Part shown: one piece after another, positions 8,915 through 17,423 of the stretch
Numbering within the stretch: the first letter of the stretch is position 1
How the letters are laid out: every line of letters starts with the position of its first letter
DNA from: a virus
Lineage: Duplodnaviria > Caudoviricetes
Length of the DNA stretch: 36,745 nt
Reading direction: 5' to 3' (one strand)
Virus record (IMG/VR): IMGVR_UViG_3300037042_000463
Span: 1 to 36,745 of that record
Notes under the pieces: model-generated
Seen by the model: the letters and a program-made list of their open reading frames with translations, nothing else
What the model was told of the DNA's origin: nothing
Database searches by the model: none
Program-made: the position numbers and the translations under genes

Positions 8915-9221
8915 CCATTGGCATTGGTTCATTAACTGCAGATGTTGGCTTTGCCTCACCTGTTACTCTCCATGCATCAAGAGTGTTATAGTATCGACCA
9001 TTGAACTCCCTGCCTCTAAGGTTGTATGATACTTCCACATTTTGACCTGGCTTGATAGAGTCTAAGATAGAGATCTTATCATTGGTTAATTGGAAGATAA
9101 TATCCTGTGGATACTTTGGATCAGGTGTTGTGATTACAAACTCTCTCACTGAGAACTTGTCTGAGATTACTTTCACCTCATTGATGAGCTTGATAGCTCC
9201 TTTGATTGTTGATTCTGACAT
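8895..9221 (-). CDS. DUF3127-family OB-fold / SSB-like protein
   Basis: KFSVREFVI...KYPQDIIFQL...NLRGRE...YYNTLDAW, with an acidic DDLPF tail typical of SSBs. Confidence 0.8.
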   Translation of the reverse strand: MSESTIKGAIKLINEVKVISDKFSVREFVITTPDPKYPQDIIFQLTNDKISILDSIKPGQNVEVSYNLRGREFNGRYYNTLDAWRVTGEAKPTSAVNEPMPMDDDLPF

Positions 9222-9232
9222 TGTTAATAGTG

Positions 9233-9442
9233 TTACACTACTCTCTCAGGGAAGGCTATCTCTGGAGTAGTTTGGTTAATAATCTCATCCGCTACTAAGT
9301 TTGAATATGTTACTGCAATCTCATGGTCTGAGCTGTAGATTTGATGTTCTGCATCCATGCTGTTTCTAACTTGTTGCATCCTGTACTCATTGGTAAGGAT
9401 TGCTGCCACTAACTGAGTGACAATTTGTGTTCTTGTTTCCAT
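9233..9442 (-). CDS. Hypothetical protein
   Basis: 69 aa ORF coupled to the upstream exonuclease gene. Confidence 0.6.
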   Translation of the reverse strand: METRTQIVTQLVAAILTNEYRMQQVRNSMDAEHQIYSSDHEIAVTYSNLVADEIINQTTPEIAFPERVV

Positions 9443-10062
9443 TATTTATTGTTTAGTTCATTTACATATTTACTATAGTACTCATTGCAATAGATAAGTC
9501 TCTCTCTTATCTGCTCCTCCTTATCCATGTCTCTCTCATAGCTTAGCACAGTTACTCTATGGTGCATTGGTATGTGATTAACTCTGTGGATGGATAGGTT
9601 ATCCCATTCATTGAGTAAGTCATCTGGAGTAGTGTACATGGTATAGACTAATTCAAATGCAGGTCTATCATAAAGCCACATGTATGCTCTACCTTGCCAC
9701 TCATAGTCTGAGTTATCACCTTCGGATGGTGTTGCAGGGAAGGTATCTAATGACCATGAGCTCTTGATGTCAATAATAAGGTCATCTGTTATGATGTCAC
9801 AGCATCCACTCATGTAGTCATTAGTTACTCTGAGCTCGTTCTTAGTGTAGTTTGTGAAGCGAACGTTGTTGAGCAGGTTGATACCTTCCTGCTCCCACTC
9901 AGTTCCTTTAATCATTGGCTTAGTTTTGATGTTGAGCTCATATCCAAAGAAATCCTGCTTTGCAAGTTTTCTAATCTCAGACTTTGCAGTCTCAGATAAT
10001 GGGTCAGACTTACTCCTTGAGTTGGTCATTAACTTCCCTAATTGTGATGGTCTCCATTTCAT
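9442..10062 (-). CDS. YqaJ / lambda-exonuclease-like recombination nuclease
   Basis: RPSQLGKLM, KGTEWE, CDII...DIKSSW, YEWQGRAYMWL motifs. Adjacent to the ERF gene. Confidence 0.8.
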   Translation of the reverse strand: MKWRPSQLGKLMTNSRSKSDPLSETAKSEIRKLAKQDFFGYELNIKTKPMIKGTEWEQEGINLLNNVRFTNYTKNELRVTNDYMSGCCDIITDDLIIDIKSSWSLDTFPATPSEGDNSDYEWQGRAYMWLYDRPAFELVYTMYTTPDDLLNEWDNLSIHRVNHIPMHHRVTVLSYERDMDKEEQIRERLIYCNEYYSKYVNELNNK

Positions 10063-10616
10063 AGCTGTGCCTCCTGTTCTTTAGTTAGGTTAAACTTAGA
10101 CTTGAGTTGCTCAACAGTGTACTCACCTGCTGCTATCTTATCAAGAGCACCTTTGAAACGTTCTGCAGATAATGTTTCTTTAACAGGCTGCTTAGCTGCT
10201 TGCTCTGCTGTGTTAGCATCATCATCTATAGCTTGAAGGGATAGACTTGACTGTAATGTGTATCTCCTATAGTAGGTCACAGCAGAACCTAATTGCTGTG
10301 GTGTCAAGTTAGATGGTAACTCCATGCATGACTCTATCATTGCACCTGAGTCAATGTCAATAATCTGAGTGCATACGTTGTTGCCTTGGATAGGTTGTAA
10401 TAATAGCAGGCCATTCTCAAGTAAGATTGGCTCAACAGCATCAAGCAAGGCATTGATGTCAGCATAAGCCTTCTTGAAGTGTGGATTGGTTGCGTTCTTA
10501 GTTACTTTACCAATGGCTAACTTTGCCCTGTGTAACTTTTGGTGTAGAGTAAGCGTGTTGCCTAACTCATTGAGCTCCTTAATTTTTTCGGTAGCTGTTT
10601 TGATTTCCTTTTGCAT
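10059..10616 (-). CDS. erf: ERF-family single-strand annealing protein
   Basis: KNATNPHFKKAYADI...PQQLGSAVTYYRRYTL...DDDA. Start 10616 lies downstream of the promoter at 10637-10668. Confidence 0.88.
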   Translation of the reverse strand: MQKEIKTATEKIKELNELGNTLTLHQKLHRAKLAIGKVTKNATNPHFKKAYADINALLDAVEPILLENGLLLLQPIQGNNVCTQIIDIDSGAMIESCMELPSNLTPQQLGSAVTYYRRYTLQSSLSLQAIDDDANTAEQAAKQPVKETLSAERFKGALDKIAAGEYTVEQLKSKFNLTKEQEAQL

Positions 10617-10636
10617 AACTGATTTTTTAATTTCGT

Positions 10637-10668
10637 CAAAGTTAATAAAGTTTTGCATATATGACAAA
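10637..10668 (-). promoter_or_regulatory. Bacteroidota housekeeping-sigma promoter TTTG-N20-TAACTTTG
   Basis: Matches the -33/-7 consensus and is a near-copy of 17393-17423. Confidence 0.8.
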
Positions 10669-10676
10669 TAAAGTTA

Positions 10677-11066
10677 TTAACAATTATATGTTAACTCCTC
10701 TCCAGTGAGTGCAAAGTATAGGTTTTGAAGTTGATGAACGTACTGTAAATTACATAAAAATACGTTGGGATTATCTAATTCAACTTGATTATCAGATAAT
10801 GAATAAACTATGTTATTCTTAATAAAATAATTAATTCCACATTGTTCAGTCAACCCATTATTATTGATAATAACCCCTTGTTGAATAAACCCCAACTTTA
10901 ACAACCATTCTTTTGTTAGTGGTATAGCTTTTAAACAAACACCTACATAAAAACTACTTGTATTATATTGTATTTTTACACTGTTATTCAATCTAATTTC
11001 ACTAACTACAACGTGTCCTTGATTACCGTTTAAATAGTTGCCAATTCTTAATTCATTTGCTTTCAT
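10677..11066 (-). CDS. Hypothetical phage protein (MKANELRIGN...YVHQLQNLYFALTGEEL; YopX-like)
   Basis: Conserved terminal motifs. AT-rich. Confidence 0.7.
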   Translation of the reverse strand: MKANELRIGNYLNGNQGHVVVSEIRLNNSVKIQYNTSSFYVGVCLKAIPLTKEWLLKLGFIQQGVIINNNGLTEQCGINYFIKNNIVYSLSDNQVELDNPNVFLCNLQYVHQLQNLYFALTGEELTYNC

Positions 11067-11070
11067 ATTC

Positions 11071-11256
11071 TTATATATTTATTTTTGATAACTCCATAAC
11101 AACCTCATCCCAGTACTTCCAAAGGTGAACGGGTGCAATAGCACGTACTGCATTGGCTTGTTTTAGGGCTTCCTCTTTTGCGGTCTCTCCCAGGTGCAAC
11201 ACTTGGGCGGTCAATAGCATATTGTATGCTTTCTTTTTAGCATTGATCAACATCAT
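11071..11256 (-). CDS. Hypothetical protein
   Basis: 61 aa. C-terminal YWDEV resembles YWYDV of 8458..8691. Confidence 0.55.
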   Translation of the reverse strand: MMLINAKKKAYNMLLTAQVLHLGETAKEEALKQANAVRAIAPVHLWKYWDEVVMELSKINI

Positions 11257-11341
11257 CTATTCCTTTTATTGGGTGTTTATACTTCTTGTAATATCTCCTG
11301 TAGTTAATCACTTCTTTGGGGTGGGTTAGCTTGATTCTCAT
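11237..11341 (-). CDS. 34 aa basic small ORF (MRIKLTHPKEVINYRRYYKKYKHP...)
   Basis: ATGA overlap with the VRR-NUC stop. Fills an intergenic gap. Confidence 0.45.
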   Translation of the reverse strand: MRIKLTHPKEVINYRRYYKKYKHPIKGIDDVDQC

Positions 11342-11817
11342 AAACCCAGGATAAAAGATTCATACCACTCCACAAACTCATCAAATGTCCTCACAATGAT
11401 ATACACACCTCCTGCCCGTTCAATGGCTTCCTGATAGGCTTTCTGTACATCTGACTGCCTATCCTTGCCATACTTAATCTCTATCTTAACTGACCTCCCT
11501 CTGATAGTTGCTGAGATGTCAGCAGTACCTTTGGTTGATTGACCTGGTGTCCACTTCCCTGGCAGCTGCTTAGTGTGAGCCATCATACCTGAGCCAACTT
11601 GTATCTTAGCTCCTTCTCTGTACTGACCTTGAGATGAGATTCTCTCTGCTTGACCTCCCATGAACTGTATCCATGCAATCACACACTTTGTCAAGGCATT
11701 GGCAGAGTTATCAGTCCATTCTGTTTTAGGGATATATGCCTCTGGCATGTTTGGATATTTCAGTTTTAAACTCTCCATCATGAGAGCATTGAGCTTTGAT
11801 TTGTTAATTTTTTTCAT
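11338..11817 (-). CDS. VRR-NUC / PD-(D/E)XK nuclease (putative resolvase)
   Basis: GTADISATIRGRSVKIEIK...RQSDVQKAYQEAIERAGGVYIIVR. Confidence 0.82.
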   Translation of the reverse strand: MKKINKSKLNALMMESLKLKYPNMPEAYIPKTEWTDNSANALTKCVIAWIQFMGGQAERISSQGQYREGAKIQVGSGMMAHTKQLPGKWTPGQSTKGTADISATIRGRSVKIEIKYGKDRQSDVQKAYQEAIERAGGVYIIVRTFDEFVEWYESFILGL

Positions 11818-12410
11818 ATTCTCGAATTTATGTATTGAGTAACTGCTCTTAATTTACAGTTACTATTGTGAAAATCAATAAAATTATTTTTTAAAATATC
11901 ACACTTAAAATATACTCCTGTTCCTGAGTGGTCTATATTATTCAAAAGATAATCTTCTCCATGCTTAGATATAAACAACTTAACCATGTCAGCAAATTTC
12001 AAATCATAATGATCTATATGAGTATTATCTTGAGTTAAAATTTCATTGCTTATAGCACATTTTGACTCACCATAAATAACATTATTTTTTCTATAGTCTT
12101 TAATTATAAAATCTATTGTATTCCTTCCAGCTCTATGTATATTGTGCAATTTATTTAGATTACGAATAGATTTTATGTAGGATATATCCTCAAAACTTGA
12201 GTCAATTCTTTTAATATAAAAACATCTATTATTAAAAGTATCTTTATCTACATAGATAAAATCAATTCCTACTCCTTTTTTTTTATCCCAATCTGGATGA
12301 TTTTTAAATTCATTTAATACAATAGCCTCATCAATATCAGTTAATTTTTGACTTATAGAATATGCATTTAAAATATCCTTACATATTTTTATTCTTTGTT
12401 CTTTAGTCAT
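11814..12410 (-). CDS. DUF3223 (DCL-like) domain plus HNH-like C-terminus
   Basis: HPDWDKKKGVGIDFIYV...RCFYIKRIDSSFEDISYIKSI, then CAIS...HIDH...H..C.LRAVT..IN. Markedly AT-rich. Confidence 0.65.
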   Translation of the reverse strand: MTKEQRIKICKDILNAYSISQKLTDIDEAIVLNEFKNHPDWDKKKGVGIDFIYVDKDTFNNRCFYIKRIDSSFEDISYIKSIRNLNKLHNIHRAGRNTIDFIIKDYRKNNVIYGESKCAISNEILTQDNTHIDHYDLKFADMVKLFISKHGEDYLLNNIDHSGTGVYFKCDILKNNFIDFHNSNCKLRAVTQYINSRI

Positions 12411-14634
12411 TTTCTATCTTTTTAATATACTTATTAATTGTCTGCCTTGATACTTCTAATATCTCTGCTGCTTTTGACTGATTAAGGTCTTTATTTTGAG
12501 TATAAAGAGACTTAAATTTATCAAATGAGTTCATACTTTGGTCTGCCTTAATAATATACTTCATGTCCTTTTTATCTTGTGATTCAATCTTAACTTTTTT
12601 ACTCATGTTAATAAAATAGTCAGACAGTTTTTCAGCTTTCAACATAGCATTTGCACCTATCAAACTATAAGAGCCATCATTCTCTTCAATATCATAGCTC
12701 CATAAAGCATTGAGAAGGAGTGCAAATCTTGGGATATAACTCTTTTGCTTAGGTAACATTGACTTCATGTATTCATTCTCACTATCACTGTTCTGCATTT
12801 CAGTAATCTTATTGAATATTCTCATCCATTGTATCTTAGCTTTTGGTGATAGTATTGCCTTAATAGGCTCAATGTCATCCTCTTGATTGTATTTAACCCA
12901 CTCTCTTTTTACTGTATCAAAGAACTTAACAACATACTCATCATACCAAATTAAGATACGGTCATCCATCTCATTCTCATTGTAAGTATCAACATACAAA
13001 TCAGGGAAGGTGATTAACATCCTATCTGTAAATCCATTCTCTTTGTTCTCCTCTGTATTAAACTGATCAAAGATACTTGGCTGGATACCTCCAAGCACAG
13101 GTATGTGAGGTTTGTCAACAAATGAACTCTTAGCTGTTTTTCTGTTCATACTTACAGCCTTACCACTCCAACAAGATAACCAAAACTCAAGGTCAGAACC
13201 TGCCCTATATTTGTTCATATCTTTAAACCATCCTGCGAGCTCATCTTTAAACACTCCAACAGCGTTCTTATTCTCTTCATGCAAGTCAACTAATGCCTCA
13301 AGTGTAATGTCATTCACTATGAATTGAGTCTTTTTAGGCTTCCTTACCTCCTCTGAGTGCTCCTTATCCTTTTTATCTTTTTTCTCATACTCTACCCACT
13401 TAGAATATTCCTTGATATAACGTCTTATGTGAGTGTTATTAATTACCTCCAAAGGTCTAATCATTTGATTGATGCTTGGAGTCTTACCTATCCCTGCTTT
13501 ACCTACTAATGAAATCCAAACTGTAGCATTCTCAACCCATCCTGTCTTAACTTCGAGCTTCAATGAGTTACCTACTATCACAGATAAGAGCCAAAGGAAT
13601 GAGCTACCCATGTAATCAATGGATAGACCTAATGTTTTAGCACTCTCAAGGATGTAGAGTTGAATATTCTCAGGAAATATATCAATAGGAAATGTCAACT
13701 TATCAAGGTCAACTGTAGGTCTATCCTCTATCTCAATTTTTGGCACTCTTCGAGTTCCATATCCTTTGTGATATAAGTCATTTGCAGCCTCTTTAAAGCT
13801 ACCAAAGTGATACTTATGAGCATAGATAGCAAATGGACTTAATAACTTCTCAGCTGGATAGTTTGTTCCTGTGCTGAATAGATACATACAGCCACTATCT
13901 TTGTACACATATCCTGAGTGAGGTGAAGTAGCTCCATGCCGTCTTATAATGTAATTCTTAGTAGTGTTTCTTACAATGTTAAACTCATCTGAGATAAGAT
14001 CTATTGTGTTGCTTTGATTGTTATAATCATCCCAGGGACTTATCTCATTGTCATTAACCTTATATTCTTTTTTAGTAGGTTTATCCAGGTTAACCTCTTC
14101 AATATAGTTGTAAGTCCTCGAAATAGACCAAATAATCTCTCTCTCTTCCTCTGTGATATACTTAATGTCATGATATTCATTCATGCCATAAAAGTTACCA
14201 TACAGGATAAACTGTCCACCCTTACCTCTTGATTCAATAATAGCCTCCTTCATTCCTTTGAGCTTGGCTATCTTAGTATTACCACTCTGAGCTGTGCATT
14301 TATAGATAATATGATAGCCATCCTTCATTGTTTTAGCAATGACTACCTTCTCATCAAAGTCTGAGATATTATCTCTTAGGAATGAGATATACTCATCCCA
14401 CCATTTTTGTCTATCTGGAAGGGATGGAAGTACTTTGAGATCAACATCAATACATTCAATGTCATTAAATCCTGCTCTGCATCCATATAGAGGAGCATTC
14501 AATAAGTCAATATCATTTGAGGTCTTACATGGTAACTCAGTCCATTTTAATTCAATAGGCTTTTTTGACTCTTCACATGGAATAATGCTATAGCCTAAGC
14601 CTGCTAATTTTTTAAGATAATCTTTTGTAATCAT
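12403..14634 (-). CDS. Primase-polymerase (PrimPol) fused to DUF3987-type P-loop helicase and C-terminal HTH
   Basis: CIDVD, KT..GYHIIY, ESRGKGGQ (PrimPol); GKAGIGKT, DITLEAL, FKDELAGW, GGIQP, NGFTDR (DUF3987-like); NQSKAAEILEVSRQTINKY (HTH). Confidence 0.85.
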   Translation of the reverse strand: MITKDYLKKLAGLGYSIIPCEESKKPIELKWTELPCKTSNDIDLLNAPLYGCRAGFNDIECIDVDLKVLPSLPDRQKWWDEYISFLRDNISDFDEKVVIAKTMKDGYHIIYKCTAQSGNTKIAKLKGMKEAIIESRGKGGQFILYGNFYGMNEYHDIKYITEEEREIIWSISRTYNYIEEVNLDKPTKKEYKVNDNEISPWDDYNNQSNTIDLISDEFNIVRNTTKNYIIRRHGATSPHSGYVYKDSGCMYLFSTGTNYPAEKLLSPFAIYAHKYHFGSFKEAANDLYHKGYGTRRVPKIEIEDRPTVDLDKLTFPIDIFPENIQLYILESAKTLGLSIDYMGSSFLWLLSVIVGNSLKLEVKTGWVENATVWISLVGKAGIGKTPSINQMIRPLEVINNTHIRRYIKEYSKWVEYEKKDKKDKEHSEEVRKPKKTQFIVNDITLEALVDLHEENKNAVGVFKDELAGWFKDMNKYRAGSDLEFWLSCWSGKAVSMNRKTAKSSFVDKPHIPVLGGIQPSIFDQFNTEENKENGFTDRMLITFPDLYVDTYNENEMDDRILIWYDEYVVKFFDTVKREWVKYNQEDDIEPIKAILSPKAKIQWMRIFNKITEMQNSDSENEYMKSMLPKQKSYIPRFALLLNALWSYDIEENDGSYSLIGANAMLKAEKLSDYFINMSKKVKIESQDKKDMKYIIKADQSMNSFDKFKSLYTQNKDLNQSKAAEILEVSRQTINKYIKKIEND

Positions 14635-14683
14635 ATTCTGTTTTTAATACACTGTTATAAAAAAAATAGGGGGAAAGGAACAG

Positions 14684-15033
14684 TGTAAACCTTTTAAGTG
14701 GATGCCTCCGACAACCCCTTCAACAAAATTAGAAATAATTATAATAACTATTATAAACAATTTTAAAAACTTATTAACTGTAAACTACTGTAAAGGGGTT
14801 TACAGTAAAAGTGTAAACCTTTTTCGATCTGTATCACTTATAAACACTAAGAAAATGCCCTAAAAAAGTGTAAACTTTACACTAAATTAAAAATTTTATT
14901 TTTTTTCAGTTTGAAAATTATAATTGATACCACTGTAAACTGTAAACCTTTACACTAAAATAGGTATTAACGCATTGAATTTAAGTGAATTAACTACTAA
15001 AATGGTTTACAGTAGGGTTTACAGGGGTTTACA
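14684..15033. repeat. Iteron cluster, 13 x TGTAAA(C/G) in both orientations; putative replication origin
   Basis: Plus copies at 14684, 14779, 14789, 14812, 14869, 14934, 14941. Minus copies at 14798, 14875, 14948, 15005, 15017, 15027. AT-rich non-coding stretch beside the primase gene. Confidence 0.75.
14724..14731 (-). promoter_or_regulatory. TAATTTTG -7 promoter element upstream of primase
   Basis: TAnnTTTG match about 90 nt upstream of ATG 14634. No clean -33 element. Confidence 0.5.
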
Positions 15034-15038
15034 CCAAC

Positions 15039-15071
15039 AAAAAACCCCCTGAGCTCGTTTGCAAAGGGGGT
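15039..15071 (-). terminator. Intrinsic terminator before origin region
   Basis: ACCCCCT...AGGGGGT stem followed by a T-run on the minus strand. Confidence 0.65.
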
Positions 15072-15091
15072 CTTGAGATAAATTTAAAAAA

Positions 15092-15475
15092 TCATATGTT
15101 ATGCAAGTCCAAAGTTAATTCTTTGTAGAGATTATTCTTAATTCTAAACTTAATTTTTCTCAATTGTTTCAAACAAAAACAGTTCATAATGTCATCAACC
15201 AAAACATGGCCTTCATTGTAATTCTCAAATATCAACATGAGCTCCTCAATATAGTCCAGATAGATTTTATCCTTGATTGAGATTAGATCATGATGAGTTT
15301 TAAGTCCATGTATCACACTTGCATGGTCTCTGTTAAACATGGCTGCTATCTCATAGAGTGTAAGTCCTTCCTCTCTGAGTAGGTTGTAGAGATAGAAACG
15401 TTTGTAAGTGTAGTGTCTATATCTGTGCCTTGCTTTGAGGTCATTATCCTCAATGTATTGTATTATGTCAGTCAT
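15092..15475 (-). CDS. DnaA C-terminal (domain IV)-like HTH protein
   Basis: LTLYEIAAMFNRDHASVIHGLK resembles the DnaA signature SLxxIGxxFGGRDHTTVxH. Confidence 0.75.
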   Translation of the reverse strand: MTDIIQYIEDNDLKARHRYRHYTYKRFYLYNLLREEGLTLYEIAAMFNRDHASVIHGLKTHHDLISIKDKIYLDYIEELMLIFENYNEGHVLVDDIMNCFCLKQLRKIKFRIKNNLYKELTLDLHNI

Positions 15476-15560
15476 TTTTATGTTTATTAATTAGTCCTAT
15501 TGCTATTGCTATCAATCCCACTGTGAACAGTAGCATTGCCATCTTTGCCTCTTCTGCCAT
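15468..15560 (-). CDS. 30 aa single-TM small protein
   Basis: MAEEAKMAMLLFTVGLIAIAIGLINKHKND. Tightly packed between neighbours. Confidence 0.55.
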   Translation of the reverse strand: MAEEAKMAMLLFTVGLIAIAIGLINKHKND

Positions 15561-15561
15561 G

Positions 15562-15783
15562 TTATTCGGGTTTATTAATTAAACCTATATCCTTCAAATA
15601 CTGCTCATGTTTCTCTTGAGTATCTAATCCCTCTGGCATTCCATACTGATCCATCCCTATTGATATGCGAATAGCTCCTCTAATGACTGAGTCTGGGTGT
15701 ATTGAGTTACCATTTTGCAGCATTACCTCTATGCTTTCAAGTAGCTGCAGCATTTCTAAGTGTTGTTTTTTAAGTTCTTCCAT
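15562..15783 (-). CDS. Hypothetical protein
   Basis: 73 aa ORF in the early operon. Confidence 0.6.
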   Translation of the reverse strand: MEELKKQHLEMLQLLESIEVMLQNGNSIHPDSVIRGAIRISIGMDQYGMPEGLDTQEKHEQYLKDIGLINKPE

Positions 15784-15852
15784 GTTAACTAAATTTAGTT
15801 GTGTAATAAAGTGCTTTGTAAGCTAAGATTAATCTTGTTGGGTTTTTAACTA

Positions 15853-16098
15853 TCATGCTATTTGTTTTTGTTGGTCAATATCCTTGAATAATTCTGTCTC
15901 GGTTCCTGCCTTCCCCATTGCTTTGAGGAAGTCAACCTCCACCTTTGCAGATTGGATGATGACACTTCCAATTTGTGCAATTGCCTCTGCTTTGTTTATC
16001 TCTAAATTGAGTTGCTCAGGTGTGAGCTCATCATTATCTAATCTCTCAAGAGATGCGAATAGGTGATCACGTAGATCATTGATTTTGTTTCGTGCCAT
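15853..16098 (-). CDS. Conserved phage protein usually found next to HNH genes
   Basis: NKINDLRDHLFASLERL...EINKAEAIAQIGSVIIQSAK. Confidence 0.7.
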   Translation of the reverse strand: MARNKINDLRDHLFASLERLDNDELTPEQLNLEINKAEAIAQIGSVIIQSAKVEVDFLKAMGKAGTETELFKDIDQQKQIA

Positions 16099-16693
16099 TG
16101 ATTTTCTTTTTTAGTTTACTTTTTAATTTAATTACTTCCTGGAGCTCTGCAGGAAATCTTCGTATTGTGTTGAGCTCCATGTTCCCGGATTGGTGGAACA
16201 TCTCAAGGTTTTTAATATCCCAATTCATTGTGTTACCATCTTTGAATCTTACTACATGACCTGGAGGGATTGGTCCATTGTGTTGTTCCCATACTACTCG
16301 ATGCATCAACCTCCAATCTTTATCTTTGATTTTGATGTAAGCATAAGTCCTCCCGACTTTATCTGTTCTGAAATGGATGGTGCCAACAGGTTGTGTGTTG
16401 TGAGGCTTATCACCTTTTTTGAACATGGTAGGCTTGACTCTATTATAAACATCTGAGCTCATTGCAACTCCTTTGTTATGAGGCTCATGTCCTTTTGGAT
16501 ATCTGAATGGCTTACCACCTTCAATTAGATTGTGCCTTCCAGATTTGTCAGACATCTTAAATTCTATTGACTTTTTAAGGCCCATTGAGAATGCTCTATT
16601 TGCTACTTGAGAATATGTTAATCCAAGGTCATTGGCAAGATCTTGAGTCCTTTCATTAGGAAATCTTTTTTTTATAATCTCATTGATTGTCAT
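16076..16693 (-). CDS. HNH endonuclease (HNH_3-like) with N-terminal HTH
   Basis: HRVVWEQHNGPIPPGHVVRFKDGNTMNWDIKNLE, preceded by F/YxKGxxPHN repeats. Confidence 0.85.
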   Translation of the reverse strand: MTINEIIKKRFPNERTQDLANDLGLTYSQVANRAFSMGLKKSIEFKMSDKSGRHNLIEGGKPFRYPKGHEPHNKGVAMSSDVYNRVKPTMFKKGDKPHNTQPVGTIHFRTDKVGRTYAYIKIKDKDWRLMHRVVWEQHNGPIPPGHVVRFKDGNTMNWDIKNLEMFHQSGNMELNTIRRFPAELQEVIKLKSKLKKKINGTKQNQ

Positions 16694-16830
16694 ATCCTCT
16701 CTATTTTAATTATTAATTTCTCCCAAAGGTTGCTCATCCTGCGTGCCTCCCATTCTGAGTCTGCTTTGATTGTCTTTTCTAATATCCTCCAGGCTCCTCC
16801 AATGTATCCCCGATAACGTATTTTCCACAT
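16690..16830 (-). CDS. 46 aa small protein (MWKIRYRGYIGGAWRILEKTIKADSEWEARR...), not in ORF track
   Basis: A-rich upstream. Its stop overlaps the HNH start (ATGA). Confidence 0.55.
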   Translation of the reverse strand: MWKIRYRGYIGGAWRILEKTIKADSEWEARRMSNLWEKLIIKIERI

Positions 16831-16921
16831 TTTGTATTGCTTTTAAATAATTACTATATCTTACCTCATCAAAGTTAGTCCACCAACTTATAGATGCTAA
16901 ATGTATTTTAGGCTCTCTCAT
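16706..16921 (-). CDS. Hypothetical protein (3' half overlaps the 46 aa ORF)
   Basis: Starts right after the upstream small ORF stop. Confidence 0.45.
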   Translation of the reverse strand: MREPKIHLASISWWTNFDEVRYSNYLKAIQNVENTLSGIHWRSLEDIRKDNQSRLRMGGTQDEQPLGEINN

Positions 16922-16922
16922 G

Positions 16923-17021
16923 CTATCCTACGACTCCGATATACATTAACACAAAGGTGATAGCTAATAATGCAGCAGAGAACACTAAAACGTCTCTCAC
17001 GGCTTTTTGATCTTCTGTCAT
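16923..17021 (-). CDS. 32 aa single-TM small protein
   Basis: MTEDQKAVRDVLVFSAALLAITFVLMYIGVVG. Fills the gap exactly. Confidence 0.55.
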   Translation of the reverse strand: MTEDQKAVRDVLVFSAALLAITFVLMYIGVVG

Positions 17022-17022
17022 G

Positions 17023-17367
17023 TTATTTAATTTTAAGGTTTAACAAATAAAGTTCTAATCTTGCAAGAGCTCTTGATTGAATATTAAGTCTATGCTTATA
17101 CTTAGGAAGTAACTCATAGAACATACCTCTACTTAAGTCTTTTAAAGTATCAGATGTTAATCTAATTCGAGTCAACATTCCATCAATCATCCATTCTACA
17201 TCCTCAACACGCTCAGTTAATAGCTCATAGTCAAGGTATTTGCCTTCACCTCTACACTCATTACAAGTGTCAGACTCGCTGTGAGATGGATGCTCATAAG
17301 AGCTGCTGATTGATACTGTGCCTGTGCCCCAACACTTGCCACATTCTTTGATAAATTCTGCTTTCAT
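17023..17367 (-). CDS. DnaJ-type zinc-finger protein, first early gene
   Basis: CGKCWGTG and CNECRGEG (CxxCxGxG x2). Confidence 0.75.
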   Translation of the reverse strand: MKAEFIKECGKCWGTGTVSISSSYEHPSHSESDTCNECRGEGKYLDYELLTERVEDVEWMIDGMLTRIRLTSDTLKDLSRGMFYELLPKYKHRLNIQSRALARLELYLLNLKIK

Positions 17368-17392
17368 ATTTGATTTGTTAATTATTATGAAG

Positions 17393-17423
17393 CAAAGTTA
17401 ATAAGTTTTTTCATATATGCAAA
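17393..17423 (-). promoter_or_regulatory. Main early promoter TTTG-N19-TAACTTTG
   Basis: Exact Bacteroidota -33/-7 consensus 25 nt upstream of the first early gene. Confidence 0.82.
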
